DNA from: Lama guanicoe
Lineage: Eukaryota
Reading direction: 5' to 3'
Assembly (NCBI GenBank): GCA_013239625.1
Contig: MU053873.1
Coordinates: forward strand, 1,626,524 to 1,690,523
DNA: 64,000 bases
Shown here: positions 1 through 13,757 of the stretch, one piece after another
Layout: every line of letters begins with the position of its first letter
How positions within the stretch are numbered: position 1 is the stretch's first letter
Position numbers and translations under genes: made by a program
Notes under the pieces: generated by a model
Seen by the model: the letters and a program-made list of their open reading frames with translations, nothing else
What the model was told of the DNA's origin: nothing
The model's database searches: none

Positions 1-159
1 ATTTCTAAATTTTCCAATTTGTTGGCATATAATTGTTCATAGTAGCCTATTATAATCCTTTGTAGTTCCGTCATATCAGTTATGATGTCTCCTTTTCTTA
101 TTTATCTGGGTCTTTTTTTTGTGTGTGTGATAAATGTAGCTCAAAGTTTGTCAGTTGTC
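1..159 (-). mobile_element. Old L1 (L1M-type) ORF2 remnant; left part of a host element interrupted by a younger L1
   Basis: Homologous to the L1 ORF2 antisense sequence at about 3080-3245, and continues co-linearly at about 3413. Confidence 0.7.
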
Positions 160-3100
160 TTTTTTTTTTAAATTAAAGTATAGTTAATTTACAATGTTGT
201 GTTATTTTCTGGTGTACAGCATAGTGATTCAGTTACACACACACACACGTATATATTCCTTTCATTATAGGTTACTGCAAGCTATTGAATATGTTTCCCT
301 GTGCTATACAGTAGGGCCTTGTTGTTTATCTATTTTGTGTGTAGTAGTTTGTACATGCTAATCACAAACTCCTAATTTATCCCTATCCAACCCTTTCCCT
401 TTTAGTAACCATAAGTTTGTTTTCTATGCCTGTGATCTGTTTTTTGTAAACAAGTTCATTTGTGTCATTTTGTTAGATTTCACATATAAGTGACATCATA
501 TGATATTTGTCTTTCTCTGATTTACTTCACTTAGTATGATGATCTCTAGGTCCCTCCATGTTGCTACAAATAGCATTATTTCATTCTTTTTTATGGCTGA
601 GTAATATTCCACTGTATGTATGTATGTATGTATGTATGTATATATATATATATACACATACATATATATATATATACCACAACTTCTTTATCCAGTCATC
701 TGTCGATGGAAATCTAGGTTGATTCTGTGTCTTGTCTATTGTAAATAGTGCTGCTATGAACATTGAGGTGCATGTATCTTTTCAAATCAGAGTTTTTCTG
801 AATATATGCCAAGGAGTGGGATTGCGGATCATATGGTAAGTCTAGTTTTAGTTTTTAAAGGAATCTCCATACTGTTTTCCATAGTGGCTACACCAAACTA
901 CATTCCCACCAGCAGTGTAGGAGGGTTACCTTTTCTTCACACCTTCTCCAGCATTTATTGTTTGTGAACTTGTTAATGATGGCCATTCTGACTGGTATGA
1001 GGTGATAGCTCATGGTAGTTTTGATATGCATTTTTCTGATAATCAGTGATATTGAGCATCTTTAATATGTGCCTATTGGCCATCTGTATGTCTTCCTTAG
1101 AGAAATATTTGTTTAGGTCTTCTGTCCACTTTTTGATTGGATTTTTTTTTTTTTGCTATTGTTATTGAGTTGTATGAGCTGTTTGTATGATCTGGAAGTT
1201 AAGCCCTTGTCATTTATATCATTTGCAAATATTTTCTTCCTTTCCATATGTTGTCTTTTCATTTTGTTAATGGTTTCCTTTGCTGTGCAAAAGCTTGTAA
1301 GTTTAATTAGGTCCCATTTGTTTATTTTTGCTTTTGTCTCTATTGCCTTGGCAGACTGCCCTAGAACATTTTTACGATTTATGTCAGAGAATGTTTTGCC
1401 TGTGTCTCTTCTAGAATATATATGGTGTCCTATCTTATACTTAAGTCTTTAAGCCATTATGAGTTTATTTTTGTGTGTGGTGTGAGGGAGTGTTCTAACT
1501 TCATTGATTTACATGTGGCTGTCCAGCTTTCCCAATACTACTTGGCAAAGAGACTGTCTTTTCACCAGCAAGCGAAATATATTCTTGCCTCCTTTGTTGA
1601 AGATTAATTGACCATAGGTATGTGGGTTTATTTCTGGGCTTTCTGTTTTATTCCATTGATCCATATGTCTCTTTTTGTGCTAATACCATACTGTTTTAAT
1701 GACTGTAGCTTTGTAGTATTGTCTGAAGTCTGGGTGGGCTATGCCGCCAGCTTTCTCTTTTTCTTCAGTATTGCTTTGGCAATTCTGGGTCTTTTGTGAT
1801 GCCATATAAATTTTAGGATTATTTGTTCTATTTCTGAAAAATCTCCTGGGTAATCTGATAGGGATTGCATTAAATCTGTTGATTGCTTTGGGTGGTATGG
1901 CTATTTTAACAATATTAATTTTTCCAATCCAAGAACATGGGATATCTTTCAATTTCTTTAAATTATCTTTAATTTCCTTTATCAGTGTTTTACAGTTCTC
2001 TATGTATTAAGTCTCACTTCCTTGGTCAGGTATATTCCTAAGTATTTTATTTTTTGATGTGATTTTAAAAGGGACCTTTTTTTTTTTTTTTTTTTTTCTT
2101 TTTTTTTTTTTTAAAGTATAAAGAAATGCAACAGATCTGTATGTTAATCTTGTAAACTGCTACCTTGTGGAATTCGTTTATCAGCTGTAGTAGTTTTTGC
2201 TTGGAATCTTTAGGGTTTTCTGTATAGTATCATGTCATCTGCATACAGTAATAATTTTACCTCTTCCCTTCCAGTTTGAATCCCTTTTACTTCTTTTTCT
2301 TGTTTGATTGCTATGGCCAGGACTTCCAATATTATATTATGTTGAATAAAAGTGGTCAGAGTGGGCATTCTTGTCTTATTCCAGATTTTAGTGAAAAGGC
2401 TTTCAACTTTTCACTATTGAGTATCATGTTGGCTGTGGGTTTATCATAAATAGCTTTTATTATGTTGCGATATGTTCCTTCTATACCCACTTTAGTAAGA
2501 GTTTTATCATAAATGGATGTTGAATATTATCAAATGCTTTTTCTGCATCTATTGAGATGATCATGTGGTTTTTGTCCTTCCTTTTGTTGATGTGGTATAT
2601 CGCATTGATTGATGTTGAACTATCCTTGTGACCCTAATGTGAATCTGACTTGATCATAGTGTGTGATCTTTTTTAGGTGTTGTTGAATTTGGTTTGTTGA
2701 TATTTTGTTGAGAATTTTCGCCTCTATATTCATCAAAGACATTGGCCTGTAATTTTCTTTTTTGGTAGTGTCTTTGTCTGGTTTTGGTATCAGAGTGATG
2801 GTGGCTTCATAGAATGAGTTTGGGAGTGTTCCGTTCTCTTCAGTCTTTTGGAGAGTTTGAAAAGGATTGGTATAGTTTCTTCTTTGTATGTTTGGTGGAA
2901 TTCCCTAGTTGAAGCCATCCTGTCCTGGACTTTTGTTTGCAGGGAGGTTTTTGGGGTTTTTTGTTTTTTCTTTTCCTTTAATTACAGATTCTATTTCACA
3001 TCTAGTAATTGGTCTGTTCAAATTACCTATTTCTTCTAATTCGGTTTTGGTGGGCTGTATGTTTCTAGAAACTTTTTCTTCTAGTTGTCCAGTTTGTTGG

Positions 3101-3412
3101 CATATAATTGTTCATAGTAGTCTCTTATGGTTTTTTGTATTTCTGTGGCATCAGCTGTAATTTCTCTTCTTTCATTTCTTATTTTGTTTATTGTGTCCCC
3201 TCTTTTCTCTTGGTTAGCCTAACCAGAGATTTGTCAATTTTGTTTACTCTTTCAAAAAATCAGCTCTTGGTTTCATTGATTTTTTTTATTGTTTTTTTAA
3301 ATCTCTACTTCCTTTATTTCCTTCCTGATCTTTATTATTATTTCTTCCCTTCTGCTGACTTTAGGTTTTGTTTGTTGTTCTTTTTCTAATTCTTTTAGGT
3401 GGTAGGTTAGGT
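160..3412 (-). mobile_element. 5'-truncated L1 (3' UTR plus decayed ORF2), nested in an older L1
   Basis: Poly-T at 160-169, L1 3' UTR, and ORF2 peptides MFIAALFTI...DWIKKLWYIY (581..763) and KDIPCSWIGKINIVK...YYKATVIKTVWY (1680..1952). Candidate TSD tcagttgtc (151-159) / tcagttttc (3413-3421). Confidence 0.9.
615..677. repeat. (ATGT)n/(AT)n compound microsatellite inside L1
   Basis: Direct reading. Confidence 0.9.
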
Positions 3413-5280
3413 TCAGTTTTCCGTATCTTCTCAGAAAACCAACTCTTAGCTTCACTGATATTTTCTGTTATTTTTCTAGTCTCTATTTTATTTATTTCTA
3501 GTCTGACCTTTACTGTCTACTTTCCTCTTCACTTTGGACTTATTTTTTTCTTTTTCTAGTTCCTTGAAGTGTAAAGTTAGGTTGTTTATTTGAGATCTTT
3601 CTTTTTTCTTAATGTAGGTGCTTATTAGTGTAAAGTTTCCTCTTAGAACTCCTTTTGCAGTGTTCCATAGGTTTTGGTGTGTTGTGTTTGCATATTCATT
3701 TGCTTCAAGAAATTTTAAATTTTTCTCTTTTAATTTCTTCTTTGACCAATTATTTGGTCAGGAGTGTGTTGTTTAATTTCAATATATTGTGAATTTTCCA
3801 GTTTTCCACCTGTTATTTATTTCTAGTTTCATACCATTGTGGTCAGAAAGGTACTTGGTATAATTTTAGTCTCTTAAAAATTACTGAGACTTGTTTTGTG
3901 ACCTAACATATGATCTATCCTGGAGAATGTTCCATGTGTGCTTGAGAAGAAAGTATTTTCTGCTGCTGTAGGGTAGAATGTTCTGTATATATCTGTAAGT
4001 TCATTTGGTCTAAAGTGTTATTTAAGTCCAGTATTGCCTTACTGATTTCTAGTCTAGATGACCTCTCCATTTGTTGACAGTGGGGTATTGAAGCCCATTA
4101 CTTTTATTGTATTTTTTTCTATTACTCCCTTTAGATCTGTTAGTATTGGCTTAATATATTTAGATGCTCCTGTGTTGGGTGCATATGTTTACAATTTTCA
4201 TATCCTCCTGATGAATTGACCCCTTTATCATTATATGATCTTCTTTGTCTCTTGTTACAGTTTTTTACTTTGTCTATTTTGTCTAATGTATGCTACCACT
4301 GCTCTCTTTTGGTTTCCATTTGCATGGAGTATCTTTTTCCATTCCTTCACTTTGGGCCTATATATGTCTTTAAAGCTGAAGTGAGTCTCTTGTAGGCAGC
4401 ATAGAGTTGGTCTTGTTTTTATCCATTCAACCAATCTATGCCTTTTGATTGGAAACTTTAATCCATTTACAATTTGGCATGTTCTCCCATGGGTGTACAG
4501 TCTCCCTCTGGTTGTGTGCGCAGCAGTAGAGGCTAGTGATGAAGATTGGGATGGGGGTGTGCAGGCTAGCCCTGAGCATGTGAACAGTGGTAGGCTTCAG
4601 CAGCAGGGGTCTAGGTTGGCTTCTTGGACTTACAAGAAGAACTTCCTGTGCAGTTCCCAGGCTCTGGTGAAGAAGTAGGGAGGCCCTCAGGTGACTGGCA
4701 TCAGCAAACATGAATACCTGTGGAGTGAAAGCAGTGAAATCTGCAGGTGGTCCTTGACAGCTGCACTGGCGATTGGTCTTCGGTGGTAAAAGCACTGGGG
4801 TTGTCTAAGGAGCAGGTCACTAGGAACCACGGATGTTCCTCTGCATGGCATTTACCAGTAGCCCCTGCTCTTCTTTCTTGTTTCTAGTATTCTCTGTATC
4901 TCAGCTTTGCTGGTCTCTGGGTGGGGTGAAATGGAAGTGGATCCTTCATGTAGTGCTATCCACCAAAAGGCTGGGGAAGCTAGTTGCTCACTCCACTCTT
5001 CCTTTCTAACAAAAGGAACTCTTTCTAGTTGGAGAGTTCCTCTTGTTACTGAGCATTGCTGGCTTGGGGAATGGGATGTTGCAGGCAAATTTAAGCTGTT
5101 CTTCCTTCCCTTTATGTGTGATTATTCTCAAGTTTTTTGTTCCAGTGCGTTGCTGAAATTTCTTAAGTGGTTTCCAGAGCTCTCCCAGAGCCTTTTTTTT
5201 TTCATGAATAGCTGTCTATTGATCTTTGTTAGGAACAGAGGCTAGAGTCTCCTACTCTGCCATCTTGGTGACATCATTCC
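3413..5280 (-). mobile_element. Old L1 host element resumed: ORF2 5' (endonuclease) region to about 4480, then probable L1 5' UTR
   Basis: L1 ORF2-like antisense sequence at 3413-4475. The reverse complement of about 5251-5280 reads GGAATGATGTCACCAAGATGGCAGAGTAGG, typical of L1M 5' ends. Confidence 0.7.
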
Positions 5281-5909
5281 TACTTCTGATTTCTTTATCT
5301 CTTGCTGACAAACTGTCTGGTATCCCTGGCTGACATTTTTCTGTCAAGAAATACTTCAAGTGAAATTTTGAGGCCCATAAAAAAACATTCAAACCAAAAC
5401 ATTGACTTAGGGGGAACTGACTCTAGATTCTAACTCTGCCACCTCTGGTCACTGTTCTTTAGAGTAAAGCAGTCTGTTTTGGACACCAAGAAAGGGAAGA
5501 CTCAAGTGAGTATGGCAGGCTGATGTTCTGTAGCTCAGAGACTAACCGGACTGAGAGGACAACATTGGAGGGCCCCAAACCGAGCTCGGAACCTTCTCTT
5601 TTGTGAATTGTTTTCCCTTCCTGAGTCTCAATGTTCTGACATTCAAAAAAGCAGCATATAATGTGTTTGTTCTTTACAAGATGGTTATTAGGCTCAAAAT
5701 GAGAATGAGAATGTGAAAACGCTCTGATGACTGTTAAGTACTAAGTAAGAGGCCCATCAGTATGACTCAACTGAGAACCTAGAAGTTAGTGTGGGTTTTT
5801 TTGTTTAGTATTTACCCTGTAAGATAAAGGTAATAATTCTGTGGCAGAAGCTTTAAGGAGGATATTTTCCCTGTGAGGCCACAGTAAGTGATAAGCAGAG
5901 TGTGACCCT

Positions 5910-6270
5910 GAAGTGAGGTAAACCTGAGCTCAGCCTACTTCAGAGCTGTGCCCCTTTGTGTCACTTAAACTCTCTGACCCTCAGGTTCCATCCTGAGGTG
6001 TTGTGAGGAGACGCTGCCCCTTAAGGAGGATTCTCAGATCCACACGTGCCCTCCCGCTCTGTCACAGAGCTCTGCCTGATAGGCAGGGAGTGTACTGCTC
6101 TGTGTGGCTGATTCCTGCAAGCTGCAAGCCCCTGGAGAGGCTGCAGGCTCCCCATTGGATGCATTTGTATTCCGAGGGCTTACTGCTCCGCTTGTTAATC
6201 TTTGATGCAGTGAGAATTGATGAGTAGTGCTTAGCACATAGCGAGCACTCAGTAAGTGGTACTGCTGTTT
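5910..6270 (+). mobile_element. MIR SINE, degraded or split
   Basis: tcacttaaactctctgaccctcaggttcc ... gcttagcacatagcgagcactcagtaagtggt resemble the MIR core and tail. Confidence 0.55.
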
Positions 6271-6624
6271 CTATACTCCGAAGAGATTTGTCTCTTTAAA
6301 AATCAGCTTACAGATGTCTCCACTCATCTCAATTAGCTGGATGTTAAAATGCAGACTTGGGTAAGGAATGACCATAGCACAGCAATTTTTGGCTTTCCAG
6401 AAGATTTTTACCAAAGAAAGACAACAACTTCCAGTTATTTTGCAATGGTAAACCCAGATTTTTGAAACTCTGACCGGCAATCTCAGATCGTAGTCTTGAA
6501 AGAATTCGAAGGTATACCTGGTAGATTTCCAAACCATGTGTTAGGCCTGGTAAAGCCATGGCTTTCTGGGGTTCTCGGGGTCGGAGGAGGGAGACTGTGG
6601 CAGCCAAGAGACAGAAAAACCTGA

Positions 6625-6860
6625 GTCTTGGTGTCAAAACTGAGTTTGAATCATAGCTCTGCCACTTATGAATTGTGTGGTCATGGGAAAGTTATATAAG
6701 CTCTTCAGACTTTCATTTCTTCATTGTAAAATGGAGTTAAGAGTAGAATTTCCAGGGGAGGGGTCGGGGTACAGCTCTTGTGAGGATTAAATGAGACAAA
6801 GTATGTGAAGCTCTTTGCATGGTGCCTGGCACAGGGCGCAGCTCAGGAAATGGTGGCTGG
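6625..6860 (+). mobile_element. MIR SINE
   Basis: gagtttgaatcatagctctgccactt ... tgtaaaatgg ... tgtgaggattaaatgaga ... gtgcctggcaca. Confidence 0.8.
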
Positions 6861-9423
6861 TGCTGCAGGGAGACCTGCCCCACCTCAGGGCACTGCTGGC
6901 ACCATAAGGCTATTTTCCTTCTTTCTTCTGTACTCCTTTTCCCTTCCCCTCTGAGTGATGTCAATGCTCTGGGGAAATTTAAAGTAGTTCTTCTTTGTAG
7001 AAAACTTGATGGTTCCTGATCTAGACAGATGATTGGAGCTAGTTCCTGTTGCGCTGTGGGATTTGCTAGAAGAGGAGTTTCCTCCTATGCTGGTGAAAAA
7101 CTAACTTTCTTCCTTTATATGGTTTTAGCTTGTCCTGAGCCCCTTTTTTCCTGTTTTAACATTTTAGACCTTCTGTGTGATTTTGAGAAGCATTTTGTTT
7201 TCTTCTAAATATGTTTGTAATAATTGCAGAAGCAGTGATGTGCTCATGAAGTCCATGCCTGACTCTTAGTCCGTCTCTGTGCTGGGACCTTTCACCCTTC
7301 ACCTTCCCTTTTCCTCCTCATTTACGGTGCACCTTGAAGAAGGGCATCCTACTAAATCTTGCCAGATAATAGCAGTCCTGCTTAAGAAACATGTTTACCT
7401 GTGTTTGTCCTTCACACTTACTATTCTTTTGGGGGTATCTGCGTGCGTGCGCACACATACACGTATGCCAGTACTCTTTAGTTACACTTGAAAAGAAAGA
7501 ATTCTTAGCCTCAAATTGGGAATGGTTGCTAAGCATGATCCTACCAGCTTTTCAATTTTTAGTTTTACTTCCGAAGTATTTCAATGGTATGTTCTCTTTG
7601 ACCTTTTCTGATTATGAGCATTGACCTGCAGAGGATGGTTTTATTATTTCACTCATTTGTCCATTTACCCATCTATCCACCCATTCTTTCATCCATCTGT
7701 CCATGAAATAATTTTTGAATACATACCATGCTTGAGGCATCATTCTGCGAGATGAAAACTCAGTGAGTTGGGAGGCAAGAGATGAATTTTAGCTCTGGCT
7801 CTGCCACTAACTCAGTTTCCGCAGAGAGGAGAAATGACATGGTGATGCAGAGCTCTTTGCCTCTGACATTTTATAATATGTCTTAAAGAAAATGCGACCA
7901 CTGCCTGGGTGCTGTGATTGAAGGACATTTCACACCTCTTGAGAGTCATGAAAAATGTGCAGATGGCTCTGTTGTACATTTAGGCACTTTAATTTATGTC
8001 AATATTCAAGCTTTCTTCACAAAGCTCACTTTATTCTGGGGAAGCTCATGGTGGTAGTGGTGTTTATGAATGACAGTATGCCCATCATGTCGTTTTGAGC
8101 TTGTCTGATGGTTTCCGGAATACGATATTTTCATTTTGTGAAACCATTAACAGTGGTGGACAAGGAATGTCAGAAAAGTCCAACCCTGATTTTTCTTTTT
8201 CGCCTTTCTTTTGTTCTGTTTTTATGGCTCCAGTAACAGGAATTTTATTACAGCAGTTTGTGTCCTCAGCTCTTTTGCTGAGGCTCTGCATAATTTATGA
8301 TCTAGATTCCAAAATGTTAGTGAATTGCTCCACCAGAAATAATGGAATGTGACAGCAATGGATTCCACATTCTTGGCCCAAATATTTGTGTCTGTGGTTT
8401 ACAAGTCATTTCAGAGCACGATTGCTGCATTGCTCAAGCTGTTACTGAGAATGAATTCTGACAAAAGAGGAGAACTTGGGTAATTATAAAAACATAAAAT
8501 GGATCTGTGCAGCAGTATTCTGTTTGTGGGTGTCAGGAAGAAGAGCATATCTACTCTCCCTCATCATCCCCCTCCGACAGACCTGGTTCATGCCTTGATT
8601 CTGGGCCCCATCACTGAATATGAGAGATGTGATTTAGATCTCAAGGTATATCTGGGTCCTGTGAAAGGTAGATGTGATTGGTGAGTCCACATTTGTTGGA
8701 AACTTATCCTGCCTGAGTAAAGCAGGTATGTGCCCTAATGATGTACTCTTGGAGGCATCACTTCCTTTTTAAAGTTTTACCTTCCCAGGGTGATGACCCA
8801 AGAGCTTCATAATCTGCTTAATTCCTTTTTGTTAAAATGCACTTGTATTAGGTATATCTCCTAACTATTTCAGAAAGATCTGGATATAGAGCCTACTATT
8901 TTAAATGCAAAGTTATTTAAATGACTGAAAATTGCAGTTACTTTAGAAGTACTACAGAGACTCTTCTGGTAATAAATGAATCCCTTTCTCTTATGTTGAT
9001 GTGGCTTTTGTTGGTGAGTCAGAATAAGTTTAGTGGTTGTGGAATTAACTGTATGAAGGATCTGGGAGGTTTGTTTGATATTAAATTGTCCTTCATATGG
9101 CAAAAATAAGGTAAAAATCGTCTTACCATATTTGGGACTCTTCATGAAAAGAGTTCTGTGTATTAATTCTTGTAACAAAGGACAAAATGCAGTGAGGACA
9201 AGAGCATATGAGGGTGGCCTCCAGTTTTTAGGACACAGCTGCTCTTTTCTCTTGGTAAAAAGATTGATGAGTTGTCTCCACAACCTCCTTTCTTCTATGA
9301 CCATACCACCAGATCATGGACAGAGTTATGAAGTAGAATGTATATGTATGTGTGTACACATCTGCTTTCTTACTGTACCCTCCAGTGATATGTGATGAAA
9401 AACACATGCACTTAGGACATTAT

Positions 9424-9680
9424 ATTCATTTGTTTATTTAATATTTAGTGAGTACCATGTCTTGGGCACTGTTCTAGGCACTGGAGTTAAAGCAGTGAAT
9501 ACAGCAAAAAATAAAAAAATAAAAATAAAGTTGGAGAAGGGGCTAGAAAGGGACAGCAAGTGGATGGAGAGGAAGAGGAGGGAGTTAGAGTACCAGCTGC
9601 GATACTTTAGGTGGTGAGGTCAGGGGGTGGCCTCTGAGAGCAGGTGGTAACGTGTGAGCCATTACCAGACTGAACTTCAG
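9424..9680 (-). mobile_element. L2 3' end remnant
   Basis: attcatttgtttatttaatattt ... gggcactgttctaggcactggag ... aaagcagtgaa. Confidence 0.6.
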
Positions 9681-12567
9681 AGTGAGCCGAGCTCACTCGC
9701 CGCTGGACCTCTCTGAATCAGTTTCATCTTCTGCTAAGAAACCTTGCTTGCCTGAATGTATTTGGTGTTTATTGACATTCTTTATCCTCCTCCTCCTTCT
9801 CCTCTTCTTCTTCTTTTGCATTTAAAAATTAAATACTGCTTTATATTGTCTGACCATGCTGGTTAACCCAGAGTTTACAATATGTACAGTAATCATATTT
9901 TCCAAGTAAAATTTCAACACCCAAGAATCTGATCTGAAAAATATTTACTTCTGATTTATGAACTTATTTATATGAATAAATGTCCAAAGGAGTTAGAAAA
10001 ATTAATTATACTTAGCTATATATTTAATTAATCTTTGCCTTTATTTAGAAGAAGATGATTACATGAAATTGGCCATTTCTGGAAAGTCCAGGCCCATGGA
10101 TACTTTAACTACATTAAATGCCCTCAGTCCCATAAAATTATTTGGGGGGAGTCCAGAAGTCAGTTTTAAGAGGATAGATATCTTAACTTCTTGGAACTCT
10201 ACATGGGACAGTGGGTGGCATGAATGTTGACCTAAGTGGAAAGTGACAGAAAAGTTCTGCAGTTAGACTTTCTAACGTGGTATGTTCCAGAGACTGAGGT
10301 CTGAGTGGGATTGATGTGGACAGCATTACTGTCAGCTCACAGTAACATCAAAAGCTTCTTTAGAGAAAGAATCCACTGGGACCTTATTAGTTCTAGAGCC
10401 ACTAGCTGCTCTGGGGAGAGATTCAGAGGCACATCAGCCTCAAGGCTGTGTCTGTTTTACATCAGGTTTCCTCTCAGGGAGCAATAAAGCACACAGCTTT
10501 GTCCTGGCAAGACTTCCGCCTGAAGGGGCCCCTGAATTTGGAGCTTTCAGTCGTCATGGTCAACAGTGTACTCTGTATTTGTACGGTGCTTTATGAATCA
10601 CTTCATTTTTCCCCATTAACAAACCTGCATAGAGTCAATACAGACCCTCTTGCCCTGGTGGGTGGGAAACTCACTTGTCCAAGATCAGTCAAGAAGCCAG
10701 GACTACACCTGGATGCAAGCTTATGAGAAAGTTTCCTCTGGGCCACCATGCTGGGAAGGACCACCCTCAGCATAGAGCTGCTGACCTGTGGCAGACCCTC
10801 CTACTGAAGTCATCCAGAGGTTACAGTTAGTGCTGTGATCTTGGTCATTTGTAGGGGGTCAGCCGGGAGAGGAGAGAAAGGAGGTTCGGCTCAAGGCCTG
10901 AAGCCAAAGAGGATCACACAGGGGAGATGGCAGCTAAGAGGAAGGAGACTTTCCTCGAACGCTAGGATCGCCAAGTTTGGAGCTAGAGAAAGACCATAGT
11001 GATTATAAAATCCAGTCCCCTTAATGTTTAGAAAACAAAACAAAGCAAAACAGAACCACAACTCAGAGAAGTTGAGGGATTTAAATCACAGAGCTGGTTT
11101 GTGGCCAAGCAGTGTGAGAGCCTGGTGTTCCTACTGCCTGGGCAAACAGGTTTCTGTAGAATTTTCCTTCCTCATATCAAACTTACTCTCCTTAATCTGC
11201 CTCCTGCAACAGAGAGCCCTTTCATTTTCAACAGTTACATATTTTCAACGTGTTCATCTAGTACTCATGGTTTTAGGCAGTCTTGATAAAAGTGTCTTTA
11301 ATCGAAGTAAGAGCAGTTACTAAGGCCATCCTGTCCTTGTTGCTGTGGATTTATTCTCCTTACCGTTGCCTCCTTGATTTGTGACTGCACCACAGAAATG
11401 AGCTGGCTGGGGACTGGAGGCAGTTGCTCATTTCATATAACCATGTTTTATTTTCTGTTGTTTCCTGTATCATAGGGTAGTGTTCTTGTTTCTTTCCATG
11501 TCTCTCCTTCCGTCTAGGCTGTGAGCTCCTTGAAGTCGTGGCACTAGGCCTTTTGAGTCTGTGGGCTGTGTATGTATGACCACCAGAAAACATTCGTTAA
11601 CTGTGTTAGTTTTGGTAGCAAGTTAACTCTGCATCTCCTTCAGTCTCCTCAACTCCACCCCATCCCTTTTCACACCCCACCCCACCCCCAGTTCAGTGTG
11701 AAAGCAGTTACTCTATAATCCTAATAGTTAACTGACAGGAAAACTTGGAGCCTCATGATTCATGCTCATGTTTGTCTTTTTAAGTGTCTCTTTTGAGAAC
11801 TAGTGGTCAATGTTGCTCTTTGTTCTTTGGAAGTATCCTCTATTTTTGTTCATATTTTTGAGCTCAGTTCAATAATACTGATTTTCTTTTAATGGAACAG
11901 AAGCCACCTCAGATCTTCACTGCATATTGAGTTCTGTTTTGGTGTTTAGGAGAGACCTCACCGCCTAGTAATGGAGAGTTCCGGCTGTGGAGTCAGAGGG
12001 GCACAGGATCTCTCATCCCTGCTTGAGGGGTTATCTCTGGGCAAGTCATTAGGCCTGATAAGCCTCAGGATTTCTCCAGACTGTTAAAGCCAAAGTCACA
12101 TTGACCAAATCAGTGTTATTACAGTTCTAAACAGCAGATGCTCCTGGATTGTTTTCTCCTTTGGTCATCCACGCAGAGGACAGAGGGGCTTCTGCCAGAG
12201 TTGGCATCTTGCGACTGACACTGGGTAGGAGGAAAGATACAGAATCTCATACTTTCAACTCTCATTTTATTAGTTATTAAAGCTTCCCTTGTGCAAATAC
12301 TTGTAAACATTTGCTCAGTGTTTTTAAAATTTGTGGCAGAAAGAGATTTATTGGAGCATTTGAGGAGCTTGGATCTCATTTCCCAAGAGTCTGGCAGTGC
12401 ATCCCTTTACTCCTTATTAAGCATTTATAAAGGCAAAGAGTTCTAACAGCTTTTGACAATATCTTGAGATTATAATGATTTCTCTGTCAGACATTTGTTT
12501 GATTCAGAACCTGGCTTGTTGATACTAGAATTCATTCTGCAGGCTGAATTAGAAAGTGTTTAAGGAA

Positions 12568-12830
12568 AGTGGTGGTTTTAATTATGTCTACAAATTCATT
12601 GACACTTCTGCTTCAAAAAGTAGAGCCTAATTTTCCTAACCTTGAATGTGGGAAAGACTTAATAACTCCCTTCTAAATAATAGAGTGCAACAGGAATGAT
12701 GCCGTGTGACTTCAGAAGCAAAGTCATAAAAAGAATAAAACTTCTGCTTGTCTCTCTCCCTCTTGGATCACTCACTCTGGGGGACGTCAGCCGCTGTGTT
12801 CTGAGGATGCTCAAACTTAACCTTCCGGTG
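12568..12830 (+). mobile_element. MaLR LTR fragment (MLT1F/G-like)
   Basis: caaattcattgacacttct ... tagagcctaatttt ... ccttgaatgtggg ... tgtgacttcagaagcaaagtcataaaaag ... ctcactctggg. Confidence 0.7.
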
Positions 12831-13544
12831 GACAGAACTAGGTGTTCACCTTCCAGACCAGGAGGGACCCTTCAGGAGAACCACTCATAGTGTTTGAGGT
12901 ACCTGCAGGAATGGGGTCACATTCTTCAGACATGTGTCTGACTACTTAGTGAACTTGCTGGTCTGCTCTCTGTACCTTCCTGGAAAGGAAGAGGAGAAAG
13001 ATGGAACTGGGCCAGTAGTGGAGAACTGACCCTCCTCAAGCACGCATGAATTTCCCATGGACCAAGGAGTATAGAGGTTGGCTTGAGACAGCTCTCCAGA
13101 ACCCCTCCCAAGAGGGCTACCTCTGCATGAGCAAACCCTAGCAGCACAAGGCTCTGGAGTATAACTCTATGCATAGGATCTAAAAGAGGATTCCCACATC
13201 AGGGAATTGTGTAATGGCTAGACCTCCCCCCAGGAGCTCCAGGGAACATGTACAAGACCCCTACAAGTGAGGCCAGGGTTTGGATGCCTCTGTACAGGCA
13301 GCATCAGTAGCCAGTCTTGGGCAAAAAGCCAGCAATAGCCAAGAGAATACCAGTTAAGTAAGAGTCTCCTATCCCTTTCCAAGCCTCCTGGCTTAATACA
13401 TCAAAGGAGTTAGGGAAAGAAAGAAGTAGTTCTCTGCTAGCTGCTTTCCATTGGAACTTCAACAGATCTTCCTCTGTGTTGCTTATGGTTAAGGTGGTGT
13501 GCTGAAGTTTCCCAGCTTCCTTGGCATGGAGGTGTTACTACTTC

Positions 13545-13757
13545 TAGCCAATAACATGTGAGGCCATGGGAAGTGCACTTGCAGTTCTTCAGTGTCTGTT
13601 TTTCTGCTTCAGGCACTAAGGTGGTGGGTGTGCAGAGCAGAGCCTCCTGCTGACTCAGCTTGGACATGCAGAGTGAGCAAGAAGCAGACATGTGGTAAAC
13701 CTCTGAGACCAGAGTGTTCTTTGTGACAGCACAGCCTAGCCTACCCTGATTAATACA
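13545..13757 (+). mobile_element. MaLR LTR fragment (old MLT1)
   Basis: MLT1-type 3' terminus ...acagcacagcctagcctaccctgattaataca. Confidence 0.55.
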
